From Alphaproteobacteria bacterium (GTDB lineage Bacteria > Pseudomonadota > Alphaproteobacteria > Rhizobiales > Xanthobacteraceae), in the NCBI GenBank assembly GCA_034668785.1, contig JAXDOS010000150.1, positions 1 to 57,993 on the forward strand: 57,993 nucleotides of DNA, read 5' to 3'. Positions within the stretch are counted from its first letter, which is position 1. Each line of letters starts with the position of its first letter. The position numbers were made by a program, and so were the translations under genes. Positions 43,314 through 51,934 of this stretch are shown piece by piece. The notes beneath the pieces are model-generated. The model saw only the letters and a program-made list of their open reading frames with translations. It did no database searches and was not told the origin of the DNA.

Positions 43314-43316
43314 CAC

Positions 43317-43415
43317 GTCATTCCGGAAGCCGCGAAGCGGCTATCCGGAATCCAGAGGTCTGCACTCAGTCAGTTTCTGGATTCCGGGTTCGCGCTTAGC
43401 GCGCCCCGGAATGAC
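43317..43415. repeat. compound palindromic REP-like element
   Basis: gtcattccggaagccgcgaagcggctatccggaatccaga ... tctggattccgggttcgcgcttagcgcgccccggaatgac. The same architecture recurs at 46971 and 57764. Confidence 0.8.
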
Positions 43416-43426
43416 AATGAGGGAAA

Positions 43427-44290
43427 TTGGACGACATGCCTACCACCACCTTTGACGGCATCGTGACCAACTACCAAGTCACCGGCTCCGGCCCGCCGCT
43501 GTTGATGTATTCGCCCGCCGGCTTCGACGCCACGCTGGACAAGTGGGCGACGCAGGGCGTCTACGCCCGCACCAAGATGATGGACCACCTGCCGAAGCAC
43601 TACACCTGCATCCTGTTCGACCGGCGCGAATGCGGCCAGTCCGGCGGCCGCGTCGAGCACATCACCTGGGCGCATTACGTCGCGCAGGGCAAAGGCCTGC
43701 TCGACCACCTGAAGATCGAGCGCGCGCATATCATGGGCGGCTGCATGGGCTGCTGCCCGGTGGCGGCCTTCGGCGTCTTGCATCCGGAGCGGGCGCTGAG
43801 CCTTGTGCTCTATTGGCCGGTGGGCGGCGCCAAATACCGCATTTCCAGCCACCAGCGTTTCGCCGAGCATCTTGCCTTCGTGCAGCAGAACGGCTTGCAG
43901 GCGGTGGCCGATCTCGTCGCCAAGGACGGCTTGCCGTTCGGCCGCGATCCGCGCGGCGGGCCCTGGGCCTCCGTGCTCAAGCACGACCGCGCCTTCGCCG
44001 CAGCTTACGTCAAGCAGGGCGTGGAGCCCTACAAGCTCGCCGTCGCCGGGATGGCCAAGAGCCTGTTCGACCGCGATACCGCGCCCGGCGCCGAGCCGGA
44101 GGATTTGTTGCGGGTCGATATTCCCGCGCTCGTCGTTCCCGGCCGCGACGCCACCCACGCCACCTCGGCCGCGCGCTATCTGGAAGAATGCCTGCCGAAG
44201 TCCGAATATTGGGACGTGCCGGTGGCGGAGCAAACGGAAGGCACAGCGGCGGGAAGGATTTTGGAGTTTTTGGCGCAGGCGAAACCGTAG
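43427..44290 (+). CDS. alpha/beta-fold hydrolase with Cys at the nucleophile-elbow position
   Basis: 287 aa; an alternative start is ATG at 43436. It has GSGPPLLMYSP and the nucleophile elbow HIMGGCMGC, where GxSxG is expected. The late Asp/His region is VVPGRDATH. Confidence 0.7.
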   Translation: MDDMPTTTFDGIVTNYQVTGSGPPLLMYSPAGFDATLDKWATQGVYARTKMMDHLPKHYTCILFDRRECGQSGGRVEHITWAHYVAQGKGLLDHLKIERAHIMGGCMGCCPVAAFGVLHPERALSLVLYWPVGGAKYRISSHQRFAEHLAFVQQNGLQAVADLVAKDGLPFGRDPRGGPWASVLKHDRAFAAAYVKQGVEPYKLAVAGMAKSLFDRDTAPGAEPEDLLRVDIPALVVPGRDATHATSAARYLEECLPKSEYWDVPVAEQTEGTAAGRILEFLAQAKP

Positions 44291-44365
44291 GCGCAATAGC
44301 GAAGCGTATTACGCCGTGAGAGAGACAACCGGCGGATTACGGCTTGCGCCTAATCCACCCTACGG
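44289..44365. repeat. short REP-like element pair (..attacgcc.. / ggcggattacggcttgcgcctaatccaccctac)
   Basis: Imperfect inverted and direct motifs of a kind commonly repeated in Bradyrhizobiaceae intergenic DNA. Recognised by pattern only; there is no second full copy in this window. Confidence 0.35.
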
Positions 44366-44380
44366 CTGGGAATCGACCAA

Positions 44381-44878
44381 TTGAACCATGTTGCTATAAC
44401 AGACGAATTTATAAGACATCTTCGCAGTGAAGATGATCTTGGCCTTGTAGTTCGAGCTCACATTCACATCGAGTACGAACTGAACCAGTTTATAAAGATA
44501 TGCCTACCCAACCACGAAGAACTCGGTCGAATGGAATATTCAGGCCGCGTTCGACTTGCGTTAGCTTGCGGTCTTAGGTCTAGCCTCAAAAGACCCCTGA
44601 AGGCGATTGGCAAATTGCGAAATGATTTTGCACATCAACTCGGCACAACAATTACAGAAGAGCGTGTAAACACAATTTACAGCACATTTACTAAGCTCGA
44701 TAAGGATGCTGCAGCACATGCTTACAGCACCATTGTAGAAAAATTCCCCGAGCAGAGAGATAGAACGCTCGAAGCTCGTAAAGCGCGGAGTAGGCTCATA
44801 ATCTACGTAGTTACTTTGTGGGCTGGCGTTGTTGCTGAGACTATGGACCGGGGAGATTCCAGCTCAATCTCAAACTGA
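44381..44878 (+). CDS. hypothetical protein with a HEPN-type RNxxxH motif (MtlR/Abi-like all-helical protein)
   Basis: 165 aa with a TTG start and no clear SD. It has ...RPLKAIGKLRNDFAHQLG..., an Rx4H motif with Asn after Arg. A hand-counted 60-nt sample at 44401..44460 gave about 42% GC, against about 63% in a sample of the neighbouring hydrolase gene. Confidence 0.5.
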   Translation: MNHVAITDEFIRHLRSEDDLGLVVRAHIHIEYELNQFIKICLPNHEELGRMEYSGRVRLALACGLRSSLKRPLKAIGKLRNDFAHQLGTTITEERVNTIYSTFTKLDKDAAAHAYSTIVEKFPEQRDRTLEARKARSRLIIYVVTLWAGVVAETMDRGDSSSISN

Positions 44879-45314
44879 GCCACTACAGAATTATCTTGAC
44901 AATATTCCTAAGGTATATAATCCTGCACCTGCCTGGCTCGTCGAGGGGCGCCTTCTAGGGGCGCTAGTTGGTGGAGCCGGGTGCGGCGCCTGCGGGCATT
45001 GGTTTAACGCAAACCCATGCGCTCGGGCGGCGCCGGACTCCGACCCTCGGGCACTAGGACCCGAGCGCGGGAGCACGCAGCTTGGCAGGCCTCAGACGGC
45101 CGTACCCCAGTGAGCGCGGACCGGCGCAGTAAGGAAGACGCCGCAGTGGAGCGCCGAGAGGCGAGACGCACCGATCGCAAGGTGCGTGCCGCGCCCACAG
45201 CGCGGACCTTTGTTAAAGCGCCTTCTCGGCGCTCCGCTCCCCCTCGTTTTGGGGAGCAAAAGAGGAGACCGGCGCGCCCGCGCCGCCAACAACAGGGCCG
45301 GCGGAGCGTTGGCT

Positions 45315-45342
45315 GCTCCCCTCTCCCACAAGGGGGAGGGAA
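45315..45342. repeat. GC-rich hairpin repeat unit (ctcccctctccc-acaa-gggggagggaag)
   Basis: Near-perfect inverted repeat immediately upstream of the Bug-family gene. It belongs to a class of short palindromic units common in alphaproteobacterial intergenic regions. Confidence 0.5.
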
Positions 45343-45400
45343 GAAAGCGAAGCGCCTCATCTCATGCTAACTTCCGCCACGAAACGCCCAGGAGAAACCC

Positions 45401-46429
45401 ATGCCGCTGCGCGCCCGCCTCCACCTTGCAACGATGTTTGGACTTGCCGCCGCCGTCGCATCGCCCGCCGCGATAGCGGAGGATTTTTTCGCCGGTAAGA
45501 CCATCATCATCAACGTCGGCTCGGCGGCAGGCGGCAGCTACGATCTCTACGCGCGCATGGTGGCGCGCCATATCGGCCGGCACATTCCCGGCAATCCGGC
45601 GCTCATCGTGCGCAACATGCCCGGCGCCAATTCGGGCGTGATGGCGAATTTCATCTACGAGATCGCGGCGAAGGACGGCACGCAGCTCGGGGCGCCGCTC
45701 AACACCGTGCCGCTGACGCAACTGCTCGAACCGGATCGGGTCAAGTTTAATTCCGCCGAGTTCAACTGGATCGGCGCGGTGTCGAGTCCGGCCAACGTAC
45801 TCGCCACTTGGCACACGTCGGGGATCAGGACGATCGAGGATGCGCAAAAGAAAGAAAGCCTGATCGGCGCCACCACGCCTGGCACCACCCAGGAAATGTA
45901 TCCGCTGATGGCCAACAATCTGTTCGGCACCAAATTCAAGGTCATCACCGGCTATATCGGCGGCGCCGAGGTCAACATCGCCATGGAGCGTGGCGAGGTG
46001 CAGGGCCGCGGCGCCAATACCTACATTGCCTACCGCTTTCAGAATGCCGACTGGATTCGCGACAACAAGCTCAACTTCGTGTTCCAGATGACGGAAGCGC
46101 GCGATGCGGAAATGAAGGACGTGCCGACGCTGCTCGAATACGCCAAGACCGACGAGCAGCGGAAAATCATCTCGGTGATGGTCACCACGGAAACCATCGG
46201 CCGCTCGCTGATTGCGCCGGCGGGTGTGCCGGCCGATCGGGTGGCGCTATTGCGCCAGGCGCTGATGGCGATGGTGAAGGATCCGGAATTCTTGGCCGAT
46301 GTGGAAAAGGCGCAACTTGAGATCAGCCCGATCCCCGGCGAGAGGCTGCAACAATTGGTGAGAAACCTGGTGGCGACCCCGCCCGACATTGTGGAGAAAT
46401 ACAAAAAGGCCGTGGCGCAGCAGAAGTGA
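45401..46429 (+). CDS. Bug-family (TctC-like) tripartite tricarboxylate transporter substrate-binding protein
   Basis: 342 aa. A signal peptide is followed by FFAGKTIIINVGSAAGGSYDLYARMVARHIGRHIPGNPALIVRNMPGA, the hallmark Bug N-terminus. Confidence 0.85.
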   Translation: MPLRARLHLATMFGLAAAVASPAAIAEDFFAGKTIIINVGSAAGGSYDLYARMVARHIGRHIPGNPALIVRNMPGANSGVMANFIYEIAAKDGTQLGAPLNTVPLTQLLEPDRVKFNSAEFNWIGAVSSPANVLATWHTSGIRTIEDAQKKESLIGATTPGTTQEMYPLMANNLFGTKFKVITGYIGGAEVNIAMERGEVQGRGANTYIAYRFQNADWIRDNKLNFVFQMTEARDAEMKDVPTLLEYAKTDEQRKIISVMVTTETIGRSLIAPAGVPADRVALLRQALMAMVKDPEFLADVEKAQLEISPIPGERLQQLVRNLVATPPDIVEKYKKAVAQQK

Positions 46430-46448
46430 GCGGTGAAGTACTTTATTC

Positions 46449-46474
46449 GTCATGGCCGGATTTATTCCGGCCAT
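46449..46474. repeat. short palindromic REP unit (gtcatggccgga-tttat-tccggccat)
   Basis: Inverted repeat. The same unit type forms the outer arm of the element at 50470..50557. Confidence 0.6.
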
Positions 46475-46539
46475 CCCGATCAGGGACGCGCTGCTCTCCT
46501 AAGCGAGATGCCGCGACAGCGCGGGCGTGACGAGGAAAT

Positions 46540-46962
46540 TTAGCGCGCGGGCAAATCGAGCGCTGCTAGCGCCGCTTTCGCCACCAACACGTCCTCTTCG
46601 ATTTGCGCGCCGCCCGCGGCCACGGCGCCGATCACCTGGCCATCAACAATAATCGGAAATCCGCCCGGCACGTTGGTGAAGTCGCCCATGCGCACCACCA
46701 TGCTGAGCGCCTTTTCCTCCGGCGCGTAGCCGGTCGGCTGTTTCTGCGACGCGGAAGTTATGGCTTTGCGCTGCGTGGTGATGTTGGCGAAGTGCTTGGC
46801 GCCGTCCATCATCAAAAACGCAATCATCCGGCAGCTTGCGTCCACCACCGCGAGGCTCACCTTGCAGCCGAGTTCGTCGGCCTTGGCGACGCCGGCGGCC
46901 AGCATTTTCATGCTGGCTTCATGCGTGAGGCGATGGGTGGGGATGAAATCGGGCATGGGCAA
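46540..46962 (-). CDS. GlcG/HbpS-like (DUF336) haem-binding/auxiliary protein
   Basis: 140 aa. It has AVVDASCRMIAFLMMDGA and GGFPIIVDGQVIGAVAAGG, typical of the GlcG family. Confidence 0.75.
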   Translation of the reverse strand: MPMPDFIPTHRLTHEASMKMLAAGVAKADELGCKVSLAVVDASCRMIAFLMMDGAKHFANITTQRKAITSASQKQPTGYAPEEKALSMVVRMGDFTNVPGGFPIIVDGQVIGAVAAGGAQIEEDVLVAKAALAALDLPAR

Positions 46963-46970
46963 GATCCTAC

Positions 46971-47068
46971 GTCATTCCGGGGCCGAGCGTAGCGAGGAAC
47001 CCGGAATCCATAACCACCATTCGCGAGTATGGATTCCGGGTTCGCCACTTCGTGGCGCCCGGAATGAC
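46971..47068. repeat. compound palindromic REP-like element
   Basis: gtcattccggggccgagcgtagcgaggaacccggaatccat ... atggattccgggttcgccacttcgtggcgcccggaatgac. Confidence 0.8.
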
Positions 47069-47089
47069 AATTAAAAACTTATGACGTGT

Positions 47090-48376
47090 TCACACCGTCG
47101 TCTGCGCGACGCCAGCGCGTGCGATGAGCGCTTCCTTCGCGCCCTCTTTGAACGCTTGATCCGGCGACAATACCACGGAGACCGAACGCACCTTGTGATG
47201 GACAGGATCGACGCCAGGCGGCGTAATGCCCTTGTCAGTCAGCGCCTTCACTGACCGCATCAAGCGATGCCGCGCCATGATGATGCCGTTGTCGGTGGAG
47301 ACGAGGTTCTCCTTGGTGCGGTCGCAGATCGGCCCCATGCTTTCCTGCACCGCGCCGTCCTGAATCGCGAAACCCGGAATGCCGCTGTAGGAAATCCCCG
47401 CCTTCTGCGCGGCGCGGTCCATCATGTAGTCGTTGTCTTTGTTGGCGAGCGGCCGGAACGTGCCCGGCACATATTTGCAATGCACGCCGGCGCCATCCTT
47501 CAAGGCTTCCATTTCGCGCGCGCTCAGCGGCCGCACCGGATGGAAGTCGTAGGTCCAGGCCCAGCAATTCTCGTCGTCGGTGGGAATCCAGAAATGGCCG
47601 TGAATCGGGTGATCGCCACGCGGCGGGATCATGGTGAAGGTCGGCATCACCCAGGGCGTGATGCGCCAATAATAGTTGCCGTTCTCGGCGTTGCGGCGGG
47701 CGCCGATGTAAAGCCCGCCCGGCTGTTCCACGACCTCGAAATGCGGCCGCGTGTCCGACAGATTATATTCATTGCCCTTGGCGCCCTTGAACAGCGGGTC
47801 GGAGCCGAGGTCGCCACGATGCAGGAAGGAAACGTGGCTTGAGTCGATGCCGCCTTCCATGGCCTGCAGCCAGTTGCTTTCCTGAATGCGCTTGGAGACG
47901 AAGCTTTGGTCCGAAGGAACGGTGGCGAATTCCCATTCTGGCAACGGCGGCTGTTTCTCCGGCGGGCCCATATAAGTCCACAGCACGTGGCCGCGCTTCA
48001 CCATCGGATAGGATTTCAACTTGATCTTCTGGCAGAAACCGCTTTCCGCCGGCTCCGAGGGAACGTCGATGCACTGCCCGGTGTGGTCGTATTTCCAGCC
48101 GTGATAGGGGCAGCGCAAGCCGCCTTCCTCATTGCGGCCGAACCACAGCGAGACGCCGCGATGGGCGCAGAACTCATCGATCAGGCCATAGTTTCCGTCG
48201 GTATCGCGGAAGGCCAAAAGCCGCTCGGAGAGGATCTTCACCCGCACCGGCGGGCATTCATTCTCCGGCAGTTCCTCCGCCAGCAGGGCGGGAAGCCAAT
48301 AGCTGCGGAAAAGCTGGCCCATCGGCGCGCCGGGGCCGGTCTGCGTCAGCAAGTCGTTCTGTTCTTTTCTGAGCAT
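47090..48376 (-). CDS. Rieske [2Fe-2S] non-haem-iron oxygenase, phthalate-dioxygenase family (alpha-only type), copy 1
   Basis: 428 aa. The Rieske motif is CAHRGVSLWFGRNEEGGLRCPYHGWKY. The mononuclear iron motif is EGGIDSSHVSFLH. Confidence 0.85.
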   Translation of the reverse strand: MLRKEQNDLLTQTGPGAPMGQLFRSYWLPALLAEELPENECPPVRVKILSERLLAFRDTDGNYGLIDEFCAHRGVSLWFGRNEEGGLRCPYHGWKYDHTGQCIDVPSEPAESGFCQKIKLKSYPMVKRGHVLWTYMGPPEKQPPLPEWEFATVPSDQSFVSKRIQESNWLQAMEGGIDSSHVSFLHRGDLGSDPLFKGAKGNEYNLSDTRPHFEVVEQPGGLYIGARRNAENGNYYWRITPWVMPTFTMIPPRGDHPIHGHFWIPTDDENCWAWTYDFHPVRPLSAREMEALKDGAGVHCKYVPGTFRPLANKDNDYMMDRAAQKAGISYSGIPGFAIQDGAVQESMGPICDRTKENLVSTDNGIIMARHRLMRSVKALTDKGITPPGVDPVHHKVRSVSVVLSPDQAFKEGAKEALIARAGVAQTTV

Positions 48377-48456
48377 CTCATCTTCCGTGATTATCGCGAG
48401 AATTCAGTCGCCAGATTAGGCATACGGGTTCGTTGCGGGCAAGCCGCCGGGCTGCG

Positions 48457-49320
48457 TCACTTCCGACCCGCTAGCCCCCGCGCCTTTTCCAGGGTGGCGA
48501 AGCTGCGCGGCGCGCCGCAGCAGAGATAGCGCCAGCCTTCGGCGATGACCTGCTCCGCGTTGAAAGCTTCCACATGGGGATGCGCTGCGATGACGTTGTG
48601 CTGTTTGCAAATGGAAAGCACCTCGGCCTTCGCCTCCATCATGATCTTGTGCTCGGTCTGGCGCGGGATGCCGAGCTCCTGGCTCAAGTCGCCTTCGCCG
48701 ATCATCACCACGCCAATGCCGGGCACGTTCTTGAGCATATCGGGCAGGTTCTTGATGCCGAGCGTGTCCTCGATCTGGATCACCACCAGAATTTCGCCCT
48801 GCGGCGCCAGCGGCCAAACGTCGGCGCGGCTGTAATATTCTTCCTGAGTGAGGCCCCAGTAGCGCGCCGCGATCATCGGACCGTCGCCGCGGATTCCGGC
48901 CGGCTCATAGAGCGGCTTGTCCTTCAGCCGCGGATAGCGGCAGGCGGCGACTGCGTTATAGGCTTCCTCCACCGTTGAGATATGCGGCCAGACGACGCCG
49001 TAACAGCCGATGTCGAGCGCCTGTTTGGCGAGGAATTGGTTCTTCTCCACGCCGTTGGCGGGAATGCGCGCAGTCGGCGTGATCGCCGGAGCCACCGAGC
49101 CTGACTTCGCGATCTGGCCGCGATTGATCAGATATTGCAGCGTGTCGCGCAGCGCCTGGATGTCCCAGGGCCGGTGCTCGCCTTCGAAAATGATGCCGTC
49201 GTATTTCGACGCTTGCAGTTCGATCGCAGTTTCGATGTTGCAGGGCGCAAACAGCGAGAAAGCGCATTGGCCGGATTCGAAAGCGCGAATGAAGCCATTG
49301 AGGCGGGGAAGGGTGGACAA
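48457..49320 (-). CDS. HpcH/HpaI-family class II aldolase/lyase
   Basis: The track ORF 48457..49461 is trimmed to the TTG at 49320, which lies 6 nt after AAGGAG. It has DGIIFEGEH, VVIQIEDTLGIKNLPDML and GVVMIGEGDLSQELG. Confidence 0.75.
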   Translation of the reverse strand: MSTLPRLNGFIRAFESGQCAFSLFAPCNIETAIELQASKYDGIIFEGEHRPWDIQALRDTLQYLINRGQIAKSGSVAPAITPTARIPANGVEKNQFLAKQALDIGCYGVVWPHISTVEEAYNAVAACRYPRLKDKPLYEPAGIRGDGPMIAARYWGLTQEEYYSRADVWPLAPQGEILVVIQIEDTLGIKNLPDMLKNVPGIGVVMIGEGDLSQELGIPRQTEHKIMMEAKAEVLSICKQHNVIAAHPHVEAFNAEQVIAEGWRYLCCGAPRSFATLEKARGLAGRK

Positions 49321-49357
49321 TTCAATCTCCTTGAGACTTAAACGATCAAACTTGCGA

Positions 49358-50395
49358 TCAAGCTTTCTTGCCGGCCTTGCCGCGCTTCTCCAAGAGCTTG
49401 TCGAGACGTGGATAGACCCGCCGCGCATTGCCCTCGAATATCTTGTAGCGGTCGGCCTCACTCAGCGTCTTCACCTGATCCACATATTTCTTGGTGTCGT
49501 CGTAATAGTTTCCGGTGTTCGGATCGATGCCTTTTACCGCTCCCACCATTTCCGAGGCGAACAGGATGTTGTCGATAGGAATGACCTTGGTGAGCAATTC
49601 GATGCCGGGCAGATGATAGACGCAGGTGTCGAAGAAGACGTTCTTCAAGAGATATTCGGTGAGCACTGGCCTTTTCATATCCTGCGCGATGCCGCGATAG
49701 CGGCCCCAGTGATATGGCACCGCGCCGCCGCCATGCGGAATCACGAATCTCAGGGTCGGGAAATCCTTGAACAGGTTGCCCTGGATCAACTGCATGAACA
49801 CCGAGGTGTCGCCGTTGATGTAATGCGCGCCGGTATGGTGGAAGTTCGGATTGCAGGACGAGGAGACGTGGATCATCGCCGGCATATCGAGCTCGACAAG
49901 CTTTTCGTAAAGCGGATACCAGTATTTGTCGATCATCGGCGGATCGGTCCAGTAACCGCCCGCCGGATCGGGATTGAGATTGACGCCAACGAAGCCGAGT
50001 TCGACGAGGCGCTCAAGCTCGGGGATGCAGTTTTTCGGCGATACGCCGGGAAACTGCGGTAGCTGCCCAACCGCAACGAAATTATCCGGCAGCAGCGTGC
50101 AGATGCGATGGATCAGGTCGTTTGAGACGCGGCTCCATTCCTTGCTGATCGCTTCGGAGCCGACGTGATGCGCCATGCCGCCCGCGCGGGGCGAGAAGAT
50201 GGTGAGATCGCTGCCGCGGTCGTTCTGGAACTTAAGCTGCGGCTCGACGCTCTTGATCAGGACTTCGTCGCTGACGCCGAGGTCGGTCGTGGTCGGCTTG
50301 CGCGAGGCGTCGGCCAGGCCGGCAAGCTGCTTGTCGCGGAAGGCAAACAGCGCCGGCGGTTCGGTGGTGTAATGGCCGTGAATGTCGATGATCAT
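49358..50395 (-). CDS. amidohydrolase-2 family enzyme (LigJ / 4-oxalomesaconate hydratase-like or ACMSD-like decarboxylase)
   Basis: The track ORF 49358..50452 is trimmed to MIIDIHGHYTT at 50395. It has GVNLNPDP, KYWYPLYEKLVELDMPAMIH, IPHGGGAVPY and FDTCVY, as I recall them for LigJ-type hydratases. Confidence 0.7.
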   Translation of the reverse strand: MIIDIHGHYTTEPPALFAFRDKQLAGLADASRKPTTTDLGVSDEVLIKSVEPQLKFQNDRGSDLTIFSPRAGGMAHHVGSEAISKEWSRVSNDLIHRICTLLPDNFVAVGQLPQFPGVSPKNCIPELERLVELGFVGVNLNPDPAGGYWTDPPMIDKYWYPLYEKLVELDMPAMIHVSSSCNPNFHHTGAHYINGDTSVFMQLIQGNLFKDFPTLRFVIPHGGGAVPYHWGRYRGIAQDMKRPVLTEYLLKNVFFDTCVYHLPGIELLTKVIPIDNILFASEMVGAVKGIDPNTGNYYDDTKKYVDQVKTLSEADRYKIFEGNARRVYPRLDKLLEKRGKAGKKA

Positions 50396-50469
50396 GGAGG
50401 ATGGTCTCTGGTTCGCAACAAATGCTTCAATAACGCGGCGCGGAGCCGGCAAGCTGCCGCATTTTACGC

Positions 50470-50557
50470 GTCATGCCCGTGCCTGTCGCGGGCATCCACG
50501 TCTTCCTTTCTTTACCACGAAGCAGACGTGGATGGCCGGAACAAGTCCGGCCATGAC
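50470..50557. repeat. compound palindromic REP-like element (three nested hairpin units)
   Basis: gtcatgcccg-tgcctgtc-gcgggcat / ccacgtct...agacgtgg / atggccgg-aacaagt-ccggccatgac. Confidence 0.75.
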
Positions 50558-50572
50558 GACGTGCTTGTTGCC

Positions 50573-51520
50573 TCATCCGACCAACTTATGCGTGCTGGAT
50601 ACGAACAACTCCTCCACGGTGACCGGCTTGGTGATGATGCCCTGTTTCAGCGCGTGCCCAATAAGCTCTTCGAGGACCTTGCGGTTCGGCCCGATGCCAT
50701 AAGGCAGCGGATCGCCGCCGGTAATTTCCATGACCCGTTTCGCGGTCTCGTCCGCCTCGGTCATCTTCTCGATCTTGCCAGCCTTGAGTTTCTCCACGTA
50801 GAGGCGCTTCGATTCCGCGAAGGCGTTGAACACATCGGCGGCAAGCTCGGGATATTTCTCGATCAACTCGTCCTTGATCACGACCAGATGATTGATCGGA
50901 TAATGGCCGCGCTCGCGCAGCGCCTTTAATCCGGCCTCCTCGGCATTGGCGATGAGCGGCTTGATATCCGGATGGTCGACCTCGATGCCGATGGCCGCAG
51001 CCAGGTCGCCCGAGATCAGCATGTCCGCCATTTTCTTTTCCGGCTCGATGGGGACCACGTTGGATGGCGCCTTGTATTCCGCCACATGCTCGTCACCCGA
51101 CAGCACCCAGGTGATCTTGCTCAGGTCGACCCCGTATTCATCTTGCAGGATGCTGCGCGCCCAAACACCGGTGGTGACCGTGTAGCCGCGGTTGACACCG
51201 ACCTTCTTGCCTTCCAGGTCCTTCGGCGTCCGAATGCCTACTCTGGTATTGTAGATGATGGCGCCGTGGTGGAAGGCGCGGACCAGGGGAACCGGAATCG
51301 CCGTGATCTTCTTCCCATGCGCCTTGGCGCAAATGTAAGTGGTGATCGCCAGCTCACAGATGTCGAATTCGCTGCCGCGCACCATGCGCCGGAAGGCATC
51401 GATCAGCGGATTGACCTCGATGAAATCGGGTTCGAAGGTCTTCGGCTTCACGGTGCCGTCTTTGAAGGCCTTGTTGTTGCCTTGGGTGCGGGTAACGGTT
51501 TTTAGTTTAGGTCCGGCCAT
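50573..51520 (-). CDS. NMT1/THI5-like periplasmic-binding-fold protein, 4,5-dihydroxyphthalate-decarboxylase-like
   Basis: 315 aa with no signal peptide. It has FDICELAITTYICAKAHGKKITAIPVPL.R.FHHG, and IRTPKDLEGKKVGVNRGYTVTTGVWARSILQDEYGVDLSKITWV, which resembles the decarboxylase family as I recall it. Confidence 0.55.
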   Translation of the reverse strand: MAGPKLKTVTRTQGNNKAFKDGTVKPKTFEPDFIEVNPLIDAFRRMVRGSEFDICELAITTYICAKAHGKKITAIPVPLVRAFHHGAIIYNTRVGIRTPKDLEGKKVGVNRGYTVTTGVWARSILQDEYGVDLSKITWVLSGDEHVAEYKAPSNVVPIEPEKKMADMLISGDLAAAIGIEVDHPDIKPLIANAEEAGLKALRERGHYPINHLVVIKDELIEKYPELAADVFNAFAESKRLYVEKLKAGKIEKMTEADETAKRVMEITGGDPLPYGIGPNRKVLEELIGHALKQGIITKPVTVEELFVSSTHKLVG

Positions 51521-51631
51521 GGGGTCGCTTCGCTCCGATAGATGGATGCAGTGGTCTGCCGATTAGGCCGATATATGCCGGAAACAGCCCGGCGCGTCGA
51601 GGGAGCAGGAGGAGCTTTAAGGCGGGAGCGT

Positions 51632-51934
51632 TCAGCAACAGTCGCAGGTGATCTCGTCGTTTTCGGCGAGGGAGTTTTTCAGCCAAGTCGGCGGCAGATC
51701 GTCAGGCACCACCTCCTGAACCGGTTTGAAAATCTTGAAGTGGTGGCGCTTTTCGGAGTTGGGCCAAAATGCCACCACGGTTTCCAGCGGCGGGCAGCCG
51801 GGCAGGGCGCAAGCTACCTCGGTAACGAAGATCGCCGCGTCTTGCGGAAGCTTGAAGCGCTCGCGCGTCCACGTCTTCACCTGGTCCAGAGCCTGGAGGT
51901 GTTCGGGGCTTTTTTTTGTAATAAATCCAAGCAT
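51632..51934 (-). CDS. small conserved hypothetical protein with Cys-rich C-terminus
   Basis: The track ORF 51632..52024 is trimmed to MLGFITKKSPEH at 51934. It has internal CALPGCPP and a terminal CDCC. No family was recognised with confidence. Confidence 0.4.
   Translation of the reverse strand: MLGFITKKSPEHLQALDQVKTWTRERFKLPQDAAIFVTEVACALPGCPPLETVVAFWPNSEKRHHFKIFKPVQEVVPDDLPPTWLKNSLAENDEITCDCC

Noticed and set aside
42444-43316. 290-aa minus-strand ORF covering the whole PanB-like gene
   Set aside because: It is an antisense shadow ORF typical of high-GC DNA. The sequence is Arg/Gly/Ala/His-rich and low-complexity with no recognisable motif, whereas the plus-strand frame has clear PanB-family motifs.
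43370-44384. Three long overlapping ORFs (43370..44296 minus; 43543..44319 and 43803..44384 plus) over the alpha/beta hydrolase gene
   Set aside because: These are shadow frames rich in Arg/Pro/Ala. Only the 43427..44290 frame gives a hydrolase-like sequence.
45186-45476. tmRNA-tag-like peptide ANNRAGGALAA encoded at about 45287..45319
   Set aside because: No stop codon follows ALAA, no tRNA-like acceptor or T-arm is nearby, and the frame continues into a REP hairpin. This is a coincidental similarity.
49010-50929. 350-aa and 254-aa plus-strand ORFs (49010..50062, 50165..50929) across the aldolase, amidohydrolase and decarboxylase-like genes
   Set aside because: They are antisense to well-supported minus-strand genes and have no motifs. 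They span intergenic gaps and a REP element.
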